Part shown: in pieces, positions 1 to 9,715 of the stretch
Numbering within the stretch: the stretch's first letter is position 1
How the letters are laid out: each line of letters starts with the position of its first letter
Assembly (NCBI GenBank): GCA_965217185.1
Contig: OZ244252.1
Span: 1,536,001-1,600,000 of the forward strand
From: an uncultured Candidatus Entotheonella sp.
GTDB lineage: Bacteria > Tectomicrobia > Entotheonellia > Entotheonellales > Entotheonellaceae
Direction: 5' to 3'
Length of the DNA: 64,000 nucleotides
The notes under the pieces: generated by a model
What the model saw: the letters and a program-made list of their open reading frames with translations, nothing else
What the model was told of the DNA's origin: nothing
Database searches by the model: none
Position numbers and translations under genes: made by a program

Positions 1-716
1 CGGCCCTGGCGGTGCCGGCCATTGCATCGGGAGGTAGCGACTGGCAAGGTCCGTGGCTGTTCTGCGGCGCCCTTTCCCTCGCCTTGTCGATCCTGGTCGG
101 GGTGCTGCTGCGAATCCCTCCGACTCCTGTGACAGCGGCGGCAGGTGCTGGGGCCGATAAGGAGGACCACGGTCTTCGCCGTTTCATTCTCGCCTACGGT
201 CTGTTCGGTTTCGGCTACGTCATCACCGCTACGTTCGTCTCCGACATGGTGCGCGCCGATCCGGTATTGCAACCGGCCGAAAATTTGGTGTGGCTTTGCG
301 TCGGGCTAACGGCAGCGCCGTCCGTCCCGCTTTGGTGTTGGGCCGGCCGTCGCTGGGGCAACGAGCGTGTCTTTGCGATTGCCTGCCTGGTTGAGGCAGG
401 AGGCGTGGCGCTAAGCGTGTTGGGAGGCGGCATTGGGCACCTGCTTCTGGCGGCCGGCCTTCTTGGCGGGACGTTCGTGGGACTGACCGCGCTCGGTCTC
501 GTGCACATCCGCCGCCTGTCCAGCCGCGACCCGCGCCGCAATCTGGCCCTGATGACCGCCGCCTTTGGGCTGGGGCAGATGGTCGGCCCGACTCTGGCCG
601 GCGTGTTACACGATTCGCTGGGCAGCTATCTGGCTGCGTCGTTAATTGCCGCAGCTGCTCTCATGGCCGCTGCAGCGCTGGCCACCCGCCGAATGGTCCG
701 CATTCCGTACAGTTGA
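1..716 (+). CDS. MFS transporter, YbfB/YjiJ-like (5' partial)
   Basis: Frame is open to the window edge. Hydrophobic helices; YGLFGFGYVITATF and FGLGQMVGP motifs are typical of YbfB/YjiJ MFS C-halves. Confidence 0.8.
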   Translation, partial: ALAVPAIASGGSDWQGPWLFCGALSLALSILVGVLLRIPPTPVTAAAGAGADKEDHGLRRFILAYGLFGFGYVITATFVSDMVRADPVLQPAENLVWLCVGLTAAPSVPLWCWAGRRWGNERVFAIACLVEAGGVALSVLGGGIGHLLLAAGLLGGTFVGLTALGLVHIRRLSSRDPRRNLALMTAAFGLGQMVGPTLAGVLHDSLGSYLAASLIAAAALMAAAALATRRMVRIPYS

Positions 717-727
717 GAAAACGTCCC

Positions 728-1549
728 ATGTTTCTCCGCCTGATCGTCACTCTCCTGTTCTTGCACGCAAACGGCCCCGCCGTTGCCGCGGAACGCTTCA
801 TCACCGTCGCCTCGACTACTTCCACCGAGAACTCCGGCCTTTTCCAGGCCATTCTACCGCTGTTCGAGCGCGCCACCGGCATCGCCGTGCGCGTCGTGGC
901 GGTGGGAACCGGCCAAGCTGTTCGCATGGCAGAACGGGGCGACGCCGACGTGTTATTCGTCCATCACCAACCGTCCGAAGAGCAATTCGTGGCCGATGGC
1001 TTCGGGGTCAAGCGCCATGACGTGATGTATAACGATTTCGTGCTGGTGGGTCCGCGGCACGATCCGGCGAATGTCGGCGGCGGGTCCGATGCAACCGGCG
1101 CTCTGGCGCGGGTCGCCGCGCAACGGGCGGTGTTCGTCTCACGCGGCGACGACAGCGGTACGCACAAGCGGGAATTGAGTCTGTGGCAAGCGGCGGGAAT
1201 CGACGTGGCAGCGGCCAGCGGCACTTGGTACCGCGAGAGCGGCGCCGGTATGGGGACAACGCTCAACATCGCCAGCGGCATGGGCGCCTACACCCTCACT
1301 GACCGCGGCACCTGGCTCAATTTCGGCAACAGAGGGGATTTGGTGATGCTGGTGGAGGGCGACCGGCGCCTGTTCAACCCCTATGGCGTCATATTGGTGA
1401 ACCCGCAGCGCCACCCGCACGTCAAGGCGGCGGACGGCCAAACGTTCATCGACTGGCTGCTGTCGCCGGACGGGCAAGGAGCCATTGCGGCGTATCGCAT
1501 CGACGGCCAGCCGGTTTTCTTTCCCAGCGCCGACAACGACACCCCGTAA
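728..1549 (+). CDS. tupA: Tungstate ABC transporter substrate-binding protein
   Basis: Signal peptide; TTSTENSGL, GTGQA, SRGDDSGTH and YTLTDRGTW motifs of the TupA family. ATG at 728 preferred over TTG at 713. Confidence 0.88.
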   Translation: MFLRLIVTLLFLHANGPAVAAERFITVASTTSTENSGLFQAILPLFERATGIAVRVVAVGTGQAVRMAERGDADVLFVHHQPSEEQFVADGFGVKRHDVMYNDFVLVGPRHDPANVGGGSDATGALARVAAQRAVFVSRGDDSGTHKRELSLWQAAGIDVAAASGTWYRESGAGMGTTLNIASGMGAYTLTDRGTWLNFGNRGDLVMLVEGDRRLFNPYGVILVNPQRHPHVKAADGQTFIDWLLSPDGQGAIAAYRIDGQPVFFPSADNDTP

Positions 1550-1557
1550 ACGCTGCC

Positions 1558-2406
1558 TCAGCCCTTGACCGCGCCGGTTATGCCGGAGACGTAATTTTCG
1601 ACGAAGAAGGAATAGACGAAGGCCACCGGAATCGAGCCCAGCAACGCCCCGGCCATCAGCGAGCCCCAGAAGAACACGTCGCCCTTCATCAGTTCGCTCA
1701 CCACGCCGACCGGGATGGTCTTCTGCTGCGGCGAGGAGATGAATACCAGGGCGTAGAGGAACTCGTTCCACGACAGCGTGAACGAGAAGATGCCGGCGGA
1801 GAGAATGCCCGGCATGCTAAGCGGCAGGACGATTTTCGTCATCGCCTGCAGGCGTGTCGCGCCGTCGATGCGGGCGCACTCCTCGAGCTCGCGGGGGATC
1901 GTCTTGAAGTATCCCATCAGCAACCAGGCCGAGAACGGCACCAGGAAGGTGGGATACGTCAGGATGAGCGCCCACGACGAATCGAGCAGCCGCAAGTTGG
2001 CAATCACCGAGGCCAGCGGGATGAACAGCAAGGTGGGCGGCACCAGGTAGGTGATGAAAATCGAGATGCCGAAGGTCGCCGAGCCCGGAAAGCGCAGGCG
2101 CGACAGCGAGTAGCCGGCCAGGATGCCGGCAAACAGGGAGATGGCGGTGGACGCCGTGGCGATCCACAGGGTGTTCCAGGCCCAACGCGCGAACATCGTC
2201 TCCTTGAACAGGTAGAGCCAGTGCTCCAGCGTGGGCTGCAACACGATGAACGGCGAGCGCCGCACGTTGTACAGCTCGAAGTCCGGCTTGATCGAGGTGA
2301 TGAACATCCAGTAAAACGGGAACAACATCGCCGCCACGAACAGGAACAGCGGGATGTAGAAGACGATCAACCGCTTGAAAAACGTCTCGCCGACATACGC
2401 TTGCAT
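1558..2406 (-). CDS. Carbohydrate ABC transporter permease (MalG-like)
   Basis: EAA-like loop ELEECARIDGA; SWNEFLYAL; about six TM segments. Confidence 0.92.
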   Translation of the reverse strand: MQAYVGETFFKRLIVFYIPLFLFVAAMLFPFYWMFITSIKPDFELYNVRRSPFIVLQPTLEHWLYLFKETMFARWAWNTLWIATASTAISLFAGILAGYSLSRLRFPGSATFGISIFITYLVPPTLLFIPLASVIANLRLLDSSWALILTYPTFLVPFSAWLLMGYFKTIPRELEECARIDGATRLQAMTKIVLPLSMPGILSAGIFSFTLSWNEFLYALVFISSPQQKTIPVGVVSELMKGDVFFWGSLMAGALLGSIPVAFVYSFFVENYVSGITGAVKG

Positions 2407-2487
2407 GAATGGAACCGCCTCTGTGGGATAACCGCGCGGCTAAAGCATTTCCGTATCTGAACGAATCATCAGGAAGCCAGCGCAGTG

Positions 2488-2521
2488 GAATGTCGGATTA
2501 CGCTTCGCTGATCCGACCTGC
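2488..2521 (-). repeat. REP-like palindrome, copy 1 (GCAG foot)
   Basis: gaatgtcggattacgcttcgctgatccgacctgc; near-identical to copies at 55150-55183 and 57191-57224; lies between two ABC permease genes. Confidence 0.88.
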
Positions 2522-2523
2522 AA

Positions 2524-3546
2524 TTAGTTGCTGGCCTCGCGCCGCAGATAGAAAAGCTGCCACAGGATGACCAGCCCGAGGATGGGGAACATGAACAGCG
2601 CCGCGGCGGCACCCTCGCCCAGGTTGCCCGAGGTCATGCCGAGTTGGTAGGCCAGAGTGGCCAACAAGTGGGTGCTGTTGTGCGGCCCGCCGCGGGTGAG
2701 AATATATACCACCTGAAAATCCGAGAACGTCACCACGAACGAAAACACCGTTACCACCACGGCGATGGGTTTGATCAGCGGCAGGGTAATGTGCCAGAAC
2801 TTCTGGAACTCGTTGGTGCCGTCGATGTTGCCGGCGTCATAAAGCTCCGGCGGCACCGTCTGCAGGCCCGCCAGGAACGAGATGGCGAAGAACGGCAGGC
2901 CGCGCCAAGCGTTCACCAGAATGATCGAGAACATCGCCAGACTCGGACTGCCCAGCCACAGCGGACCCCGCACGTAGCCCCAGTTTTCCTTCAGCGCTAG
3001 GCCGAAAACACTGATCTCCATTTGCCACATCCACTTCAGCATCCAGTTGAACACGCTGAAAGTGGCGTCGAACATCCACAGCCACGCCAGGCCGCTGAGC
3101 ACGGTGGGAACGATGAACGGCAGCAGCACGGTAGCGCGGGTGAGGCGCGCCAGCCGGAACTTGCGGTTCAGCAGGATGGCGAGCCACATACCGAGCACCG
3201 CCTTGATCACCGTGGCGGCGATGGTAAAGATGACCGTGTTCCACGCCGCCTGGTGAAAAATTTCGCTCTTCAGAAGCTTGGCAAAATTGGCCAGGCCGAC
3301 GAAATTGCCCGCCGTGCCGACTACCTTGTCAGTGAGGGACATCCACACGCCCAAGGAGAACGGATAAGCGATGAACACGACGATCAGCAGCAGGGCCGGC
3401 ACCATCAGCACGTAACCGAGTACGGCCTCGTTCTCCAGCCACTGGCCGATGCGTTTGCTCAACGGCAGGCGCGCTATGGCTTCCAGGGTATTGGACGATA
3501 CGGTAGAGATAGGTGGCGTTGTGGATTTCAAGGGATGTTCCTGCAT
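2524..3546 (-). CDS. Carbohydrate ABC transporter permease (MalF-like)
   Basis: LAGLQTVPPELYDAGNIDG EAA loop; LTRGGP. Start uncertain (3576, 3546 or 3531). Confidence 0.9.
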   Translation of the reverse strand: MQEHPLKSTTPPISTVSSNTLEAIARLPLSKRIGQWLENEAVLGYVLMVPALLLIVVFIAYPFSLGVWMSLTDKVVGTAGNFVGLANFAKLLKSEIFHQAAWNTVIFTIAATVIKAVLGMWLAILLNRKFRLARLTRATVLLPFIVPTVLSGLAWLWMFDATFSVFNWMLKWMWQMEISVFGLALKENWGYVRGPLWLGSPSLAMFSIILVNAWRGLPFFAISFLAGLQTVPPELYDAGNIDGTNEFQKFWHITLPLIKPIAVVVTVFSFVVTFSDFQVVYILTRGGPHNSTHLLATLAYQLGMTSGNLGEGAAAALFMFPILGLVILWQLFYLRREASN

Positions 3547-3594
3547 GGGGAGGATGCGCCCACCGGTTGCGGACACGGCAGGCGCAGCGGCAGA

Positions 3595-4938
3595 TTACGC
3601 TTCGTAAATGGCCTTCAATTCCCTTTCGGCCGACTCAATGACGCTCTGGGTCGAGTCGCCCCGGACCGCCTTGGCGAACAGGTCGACGATGATGTATTTG
3701 GCAAACGCCTCTGAGGACGCGCGGTTGTACGGCCCGGCGTACCCGAGGTTGCGGCCGTACTGCGGCAGCTCGCGGTAGATGGTGACGGCCGGGTCTTCCT
3801 CCCACATCGGGTGTTCCTGCCACTTCGGCAGCGGGCCGTTGATGTAGCCCTTGTTGAGCACCAGGAACTTCTCGAAGTTGTCGTCCTGGTGAACGAAGCG
3901 GATGTAGTCGCGCGCCGCCTCCTTGTTGGACGAGTAGCGCGTGATGCAGTTGGTGAACGGCCCGATGCCGTGGTAGCGTCCGTGCGGGCCTTCGGGAATC
4001 AGGAAGTGGCCCAGCCGGTCGGCGAAACCGGGGGCGACTTTGCGGGGATCGTTGCGGGCGACGAAATAAATGCTGGCGCCGTTCAGGGTGACGGCAATGG
4101 TTTCCGCCAGAAAGGCGCGGTTGTTGCTCGTGTCGTCCCACGCCAAGCCGCCTTCGTCGCAGGCGGCGGACCAGAACTCTTTGAGGAAATCCACCGCGTT
4201 GGCCGTCTCCCGGCTGTTCAGGGCCACCTTCCCGTCTTCGTCAACTTCCTTGCCGCCGAAGCACCACAACAGGGTGTAGGCGAAACCGGGAGCGTCTCCA
4301 AAGGTGTGGCCGAGGCTCTGGCCGATCGGCATGCCGTAATGTTTCAGCTTCTTGCCGGCTTCCAGGTACTCGTCCCAGGTTGCCGGCGGAGCGGCGATGC
4401 CGACTTCCTCGAAGATGTCCTTGCGGTAAACGTTGGCGCCGCCGCCGAAGAAGTTGGGCACGCCGCGGTGCACACCCTTCTCGTCGCGTACGGCCTCACG
4501 GATGAACGGGTAAATCTCGTCGCCCCCGAGTTCTGCGATGAGGTCGTTGTGATCGTCAAGACCCTCGGAATATAGCAGCGGGTAGTTGGAAAGTAGTTGC
4601 AGAATATCGGGGCCCGTGCCGCCCTCGATGGCTGCGGTTGACCGCGCCGGCAGGTCGTTGGCGTTGATGTGCTCCATGGTCACCTTCACCCCGGCCTGCT
4701 TGCCGAATTCCGCCGCCTGCCGATCCCGCTCGACGTCGGCGGGGGCGACGAAACTGCTCCACTCCAGGACGTGCAGGGTTCGTTCCTGTGCGAAGACCGG
4801 TGCCTGACCGGTCAGCCAGTTCGTGCCGGCGATAGCCGCCAAGGCCGCTCCCGCTTTACCCGTGTGCGCCAGGAAATCCCGCCGCCGCATCCGGCCGGGG
4901 ACCGTTTTATCCCGTTGCCGCCCTGCTTCGTGTGTCAT
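3595..4938 (-). CDS. ABC transporter extracellular solute-binding protein (Tat-exported)
   Basis: MRRRDFL twin-arginine signal; SBP family-1 like (PPATWDEY, WDDTSNNRAF). GGAGG Shine-Dalgarno precedes ATG at 4938. Confidence 0.88.
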   Translation of the reverse strand: MTHEAGRQRDKTVPGRMRRRDFLAHTGKAGAALAAIAGTNWLTGQAPVFAQERTLHVLEWSSFVAPADVERDRQAAEFGKQAGVKVTMEHINANDLPARSTAAIEGGTGPDILQLLSNYPLLYSEGLDDHNDLIAELGGDEIYPFIREAVRDEKGVHRGVPNFFGGGANVYRKDIFEEVGIAAPPATWDEYLEAGKKLKHYGMPIGQSLGHTFGDAPGFAYTLLWCFGGKEVDEDGKVALNSRETANAVDFLKEFWSAACDEGGLAWDDTSNNRAFLAETIAVTLNGASIYFVARNDPRKVAPGFADRLGHFLIPEGPHGRYHGIGPFTNCITRYSSNKEAARDYIRFVHQDDNFEKFLVLNKGYINGPLPKWQEHPMWEEDPAVTIYRELPQYGRNLGYAGPYNRASSEAFAKYIIVDLFAKAVRGDSTQSVIESAERELKAIYEA

Positions 4939-5006
4939 GACTTGCCTCCATAAGGCGCTGCCGCGCCTGACCTGCGGTACCATCTCATTGTCATCGGTGG
5001 GTGCCT

Positions 5007-5034
5007 AGTATCGTGTTTTCTCTTGCGCTGTCAA
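5007..5034 (-). promoter_or_regulatory. Possible sigma70 promoter of the sugar ABC operon
   Basis: TTGACA-N16-GATACT on the minus strand. Confidence 0.4.
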
Positions 5035-5082
5035 GCCGGCGGGCGGTCGTCAACCCGGCTGGTGCAAATCGCAAATGAACCG

Positions 5083-6465
5083 CTACAGAGAGCGGAGGAA
5101 TTGCAGCAAGGCTTCGCGCTCGGCGCGGGGCAGGCGGCGAAAATACGCCTTGGAGGCGTCAGCCTCGCCGCCGTGCCAGAGAATAGCCTCCGCAAGATTT
5201 CGGGCGCGGCCGTCGTGCAGGAAGTAGGTGTGCCGGTTGACCGTTTCCACGAGCCCGATGCCCCACAGGGGCGGTGTGCGCCATTCCGAGCCGGTGGCCT
5301 CGAAATCCGGTCGGCCGTCGGCCAGGACAGCGCCCATATCGTGCAGCAGAAGATCGGTGTATGGGTGGATCACCTGCCGCGACAAATCCGGCAAGCCGGG
5401 CACCTCGCCCGTGCGCAAGGTGGGTGTGTGGCAGGCGCCGCATTGTGCTTCCTCGAACAGTTTCCTGCCGCGCCGCACGTCTGACTGCTGCAAGTCACGA
5501 CGGGCCGGAACCGCCAGGGTGCGGCTGTAGAAAACCACGTGCCCGAATAGTTTGTCGGACAACTCGGGGGTGCCGCCGTTCAGTGCTTGCCGGCATGCCA
5601 CGGCGTTGGGGGGGCAGTTTTCATCGGGGAAAAGGGGCGAGGTAATGCCAATGTCGCCGAGAAACGCCCCAGCCACCTGCTGGGCCACGTTGGGTTGATT
5701 GGCTTTCCAGCCGAAGCGCCCCAGAACCGTTTGCCGCCGAACCTTGTCCCATACCCGATTGGGCCGCCCGGAAATACCGTCGCCATCGGTGTCATCGGGG
5801 TCGGCCTGGCCTAGCAGCGCCTCCGCGGGCACCGCCTCGAGCAGCCCGAGTCCGATCATGACCGGAGCGACGCGGGGTGACAGGAGGGTCTTCTGTTGCA
5901 TTGGGCCGTATCGGAGATCGGTGAAGGCGTACGTCGGTTTTCGCAGGCTGTAGGGCTCGCCGTCGCCATACGTGCCGAGAATCTCCTCGTAGGTCACCAG
6001 CACCCTGCCCTCCGGTGGCACCCCGTGCACCGCCAAGCTGTTCAATTGGTCGCCGTAGGTAGGCTCCGGTACAACCCCTCGCTGTGCGTCACGACCCGGA
6101 ATACTGAGGCGCACCAGCATCGACAGCATATCCTCGCCGGGTTCCGGCGGCCGGCCGCGGCCGTCGTGCAAGTGGCAGGCGGAGCAGGAACGGGCATTGA
6201 ATAGCGGTCCGAGGCCGTCGCGCGCCGTGGTGGACGACGGCGCGCCGACCCAATTGCGGTTGAAGAAGGAATTGCCAACAAAGAATTGGGTTTCCTGGTC
6301 CGGCGTCAGGTGGGGCAACGGTTGTTCAAAGGCCTGCCGCGTCGTGGCGTACACGGTTGCGGCGCCGCCCGAAAGCGCCTCCGATACTTCTTCCGAGAAC
6401 GCTGCGCTCGACATGAGCGCGGCGGCAAGGAGGCATGCGGGTAAGACCAGAAACATCCGTCGCAT
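5083..6465 (-). CDS. Di-heme oxidoreductase family protein (DUF1111-like)
   Basis: Signal peptide; two CxxCH motifs (CSACH, CGACH); GRFGWKA, DLLLHDMG, WRTPPLWG, LHDGRA. Confidence 0.92.
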   Translation of the reverse strand: MRRMFLVLPACLLAAALMSSAAFSEEVSEALSGGAATVYATTRQAFEQPLPHLTPDQETQFFVGNSFFNRNWVGAPSSTTARDGLGPLFNARSCSACHLHDGRGRPPEPGEDMLSMLVRLSIPGRDAQRGVVPEPTYGDQLNSLAVHGVPPEGRVLVTYEEILGTYGDGEPYSLRKPTYAFTDLRYGPMQQKTLLSPRVAPVMIGLGLLEAVPAEALLGQADPDDTDGDGISGRPNRVWDKVRRQTVLGRFGWKANQPNVAQQVAGAFLGDIGITSPLFPDENCPPNAVACRQALNGGTPELSDKLFGHVVFYSRTLAVPARRDLQQSDVRRGRKLFEEAQCGACHTPTLRTGEVPGLPDLSRQVIHPYTDLLLHDMGAVLADGRPDFEATGSEWRTPPLWGIGLVETVNRHTYFLHDGRARNLAEAILWHGGEADASKAYFRRLPRAEREALLQFLRSL

Positions 6466-6491
6466 AGGATGGCCTATAAGAGGAAGGATGC

Positions 6492-7640
6492 CTACTCGGG
6501 CAACTCGACTTGCAAGTTGGCGATGCCAAGGTCGGCGGCGGCATTGACGGTCGCTTCAGCCTGAGCCCGCAGCGCGTGAATCGCCGCCTGCACCCGTTGA
6601 CGCCCAATCGGTGTGACGATTTCGCGGTCGAACGGTGGCTGGATGGTGTGCACCGCGGCCATGGCGTTGCGCATCACGCGATGCAACTCGGCTTTGCGCC
6701 CGTCTTGCAGCAGCGACAGGACGCCCGGCCCCGCCATCACCGTGCCGTTGCTGCGCACGTATCGGCCCTTGATGACGTTCTGAATCCCCTGGGCGTTGCG
6801 GATGATGTCGACGTGGGTGTTGTCGCTGAAGCAGGAATGCTCATCCTCTTGGTCGCTCGATTCGAGAGCCACCGCCATGCGCTCGCCGGCCAGTTCGCTG
6901 CGGCTCAGGGTGCCGATGCCGACCAGAATTTGGCGTAGGGCTTCGTTCGGCTCCTGGCTCAGAAATGCCGCGCGGAAATTGCCGTTCTGCCTGGGCGCCC
7001 ATTCTTGAACCAAGGACTGCAGGTCGGCGACCAGTTGCGCCGCCGCCGTATGGAGATATTGCACCCGCCTTGGGGCTTGTAGGTAATCGGAAATCGGGCG
7101 GGCGCCGGGCCCGTCGGCGCTCAGGTCCTGGCCCCACAGCAGAAATTCGATGGCGTGGTAACCGAGGCTGACGTTCTCTTCGCCGCCCTGCTCGTTGAGC
7201 CCGATAAGGTGTTCTTGGGTAATCGGCGCGTCGGGATCGTTGATAATGCCGGCGCACGGGTTGCCCTGCACGTAGTCGACGTAACTCTCGTCCATCGGCC
7301 AGGCGTTGAGCTGACCCTCCGGCCCGTCGGCGTCGTCGATGGGCCCGCCGTAGAATCTGAACGCCTCGGTCTGGCCATACGGGATGCGCGACCGCTTCCA
7401 GGCGTTCTTGGCGGCTTCCAGGGAGGCGGCGCTGGGCCGGTCGGTCAACGTCTGCAAGGCGCTTTGCAAGGCAGCGGCCCGCCGATAAGAATCCTCGTAG
7501 CCGGCGTGCACGATGTCGGCATAATGGGCCACCACCTGCTGCACGGTGGCGAGGTCGGCGCCTTCCACCGGTGGACTGGACGCCAGGCCGGCCAGCAAGA
7601 ACAGCAAGCAAGAGACGAAAGCCAGGGAACGTGTTCGCAT
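6492..7640 (-). CDS. Imelysin family iron-regulated periplasmic protein (IrpA/IcmP-like)
   Basis: Signal peptide; GxHxxE motif GYHAIE; NAWPMDE; EDEHSCFSDNT. Confidence 0.9.
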   Translation of the reverse strand: MRTRSLAFVSCLLFLLAGLASSPPVEGADLATVQQVVAHYADIVHAGYEDSYRRAAALQSALQTLTDRPSAASLEAAKNAWKRSRIPYGQTEAFRFYGGPIDDADGPEGQLNAWPMDESYVDYVQGNPCAGIINDPDAPITQEHLIGLNEQGGEENVSLGYHAIEFLLWGQDLSADGPGARPISDYLQAPRRVQYLHTAAAQLVADLQSLVQEWAPRQNGNFRAAFLSQEPNEALRQILVGIGTLSRSELAGERMAVALESSDQEDEHSCFSDNTHVDIIRNAQGIQNVIKGRYVRSNGTVMAGPGVLSLLQDGRKAELHRVMRNAMAAVHTIQPPFDREIVTPIGRQRVQAAIHALRAQAEATVNAAADLGIANLQVELPE

Positions 7641-7687
7641 GGTTAGATTCTCCTCCAGACCGAAATGGGGCCGTGGGCTGCGTTTCC

Positions 7688-7706
7688 AATAATGATAGTC
7701 ACTCTC
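7688..7706. promoter_or_regulatory. Fur box
   Basis: aataatgatagtcactctc matches GATAATGATAATCATTATC at 15/19 positions. It overlaps a minus-strand TTGACT-N16-TATCAT promoter upstream of the imelysin gene. Confidence 0.8.
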
Positions 7707-7841
7707 AATTTCAAGTCAACAGCGAACGCCGCTGCCGCTGCGCCCTCCCCTTTCGGACCCGGATCAAGACGCCGTCGCGGTATGCGGTATACTGTGCCCC
7801 TTCAATCCTTTCGTTCCTCACTTTCTTAGGAGACCTGATCC

Positions 7842-8573
7842 ATGGCGAAAATGACCACGCAGAAGATGCTGACCGAGCTGAGCAAGATTGATACGCCCTC
7901 CATCACCAACGTGGTGGCGACCTATCCCAAGAACGACCTCTGCCTCGGCCTCTACAACCCGTGGACCGAGAACTGGTACACCGACGACACCATCCGCTGC
8001 ATGTACCCCGAGCTGGGCGCCAAGGTGGGCTACGCCGTCACCTGCATTTACGGCATGCCCGATCCCAATTTCTCTCGCCTGTCCTTCCTCGACGTCATCG
8101 ACGCCATGGACGCCTCCCCGAAGCCGACCATTCTCGTTCTGCAACAGAAGTATCCGCCCGAGATCGCCGGCAAGGTGGGCTTGGCGGGGGAAATCATGGT
8201 TACGGCGATGCAGGCGGTCGGCTGCCTGGGCATGCTGTCCAACGGCCCGTCGCGCGACATCGACGCCATCCGCGCCATGAAATTCCAGTACCTGCTCAGC
8301 GGCGCCTCCGCGGGCCACGGCGACATGGCGGTGCACGCGGTCAACGTGCCGGTGAACATCGGCGGCATGGACGTGTCGCCGGGCGAAATGGTGCACATGG
8401 ACGAAAACGGCGCCTGCAAGTTCCCCGCCGACAAAATCGAGGCGGTGCACAAGAACGTCAAGGCGTTGCTCAAGGACGAGGACGTACGCATCACGGCGTT
8501 GCGCAAGGCCAAAAACGCGGCGCAGGTCAAGGCCGCCTTTGCCGGGCATTCGTACAGCGAGGAAGACGAGTAG
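7842..8573 (+). CDS. RraA/HMG aldolase family protein
   Basis: GYAVT, GEIM, NGPSRDIDAI and VSPGEMVHMDENG motifs; AGGAG Shine-Dalgarno. Confidence 0.85.
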   Translation: MAKMTTQKMLTELSKIDTPSITNVVATYPKNDLCLGLYNPWTENWYTDDTIRCMYPELGAKVGYAVTCIYGMPDPNFSRLSFLDVIDAMDASPKPTILVLQQKYPPEIAGKVGLAGEIMVTAMQAVGCLGMLSNGPSRDIDAIRAMKFQYLLSGASAGHGDMAVHAVNVPVNIGGMDVSPGEMVHMDENGACKFPADKIEAVHKNVKALLKDEDVRITALRKAKNAAQVKAAFAGHSYSEEDE

Positions 8574-8600
8574 GACGGCGCACCGCAAAGGATTCACAAC

Positions 8601-9674
8601 ATGACCGAGCAACACGGCCTGCGCATCGGCGTGCTGGGCACCGGCTGGGGTACGCGCATCTCGGTGCCGGCCCTGCGCGCCGAGGGCTGGCACGTCGCGG
8701 CGCTGTGGAGCCGCAACGCCGAGCGTGCCGAAAAGCAGGCCGCCGAACTGGAAATCCCGTTCGCCACCAACGACGCCTCGGCACTGATCAACCGCCCTGA
8801 CATCGACGCCGTGACGATCGTCACGCCGACGCCAACGCACCGCGACATCTGTCTGGAAGCCCTGGCGGCCGGCAAGCACGTGCTGAGCGAAAAGCCCATG
8901 GCAATGCACGCCGGGGAAGCCAAGGGGATGGTAGCGGCGGCCGAATCCGCCGGCGTCACGGCGATGATCAATTTCGAGTTTCGCTTTACGCCACAACGCC
9001 TGCACGTGCAGCGGCTGCTGGCGGAGGGTTACCTGGGCGGCCTGCGCCACGGCATGGTGGAGCTGTACTGGGCGCCGCCGCTGTCGGAACGGGAGTTGAA
9101 CTGGCGCAGTCAGGCGTCCATGGGCGGCGGTGTGCTGAACGAGCACGGCTCCCATTACATCGACGCCCTGCACCAGTGGTTGGGGGACATCCGCAGCGTC
9201 AGCGCGCGTGTGGAGACGTTCGTGCCGCAGCGCCGCGGCCCCGGCGGGGAAGCTGCTGCGCAGGCTGACGCGGACGATTTCTTCACCGCCACGTTCGGCA
9301 TGGCGCAGGGCGGCGTGGTGGTGTTGACGCAGTCGTGGGCGGCGGCTTTCGGGATAGGCATGCGCGCCACCCTGGCGGGCTCCGACGGCATGCTGGTGAC
9401 GGCGTGCCGGGAAACGATGATGTTCGACGGCGAGGTGTGCGGCGCCCCCGCCGGCAGCGGCGATCTGAAACCCCTGCCGCTGCCGGCGGATATCCTGCCG
9501 TTCGACGAGTCGGACTGGCGCGTCGGTTCTTCGCGGCGTCTCCTGCGCGAGTTTCTGCGCGGCATCCGCGAAGGCTGCTCGCCGGCCCCGAACTTCGCGG
9601 ACGGCCTGCGCTGCCAACGGGTGATCGACGCCATTCGCGAGTCGTCCCGCGGCGGGCGGACGGTGATGCTGTAA
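8601..9674 (+). CDS. Gfo/Idh/MocA family oxidoreductase
   Basis: GxGxxG-like GTGWG; AGKHVLSEKP; GGGVLNEHGSHYID. Confidence 0.92.
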   Translation: MTEQHGLRIGVLGTGWGTRISVPALRAEGWHVAALWSRNAERAEKQAAELEIPFATNDASALINRPDIDAVTIVTPTPTHRDICLEALAAGKHVLSEKPMAMHAGEAKGMVAAAESAGVTAMINFEFRFTPQRLHVQRLLAEGYLGGLRHGMVELYWAPPLSERELNWRSQASMGGGVLNEHGSHYIDALHQWLGDIRSVSARVETFVPQRRGPGGEAAAQADADDFFTATFGMAQGGVVVLTQSWAAAFGIGMRATLAGSDGMLVTACRETMMFDGEVCGAPAGSGDLKPLPLPADILPFDESDWRVGSSRRLLREFLRGIREGCSPAPNFADGLRCQRVIDAIRESSRGGRTVML

Positions 9675-9715
9675 GCCCGGCCCTCTCAAATGGTCATCCA
9701 CCCAACGGGGTATAG

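Noticed and set aside
7818..9701. Long antisense ORFs (627 aa here; also 51382-53088, 46457-47773, 32570-33868, 21159-22412)
   Set aside because: These are shadow ORFs opposite well-supported genes, expected from high-GC codon bias; they have no motifs.
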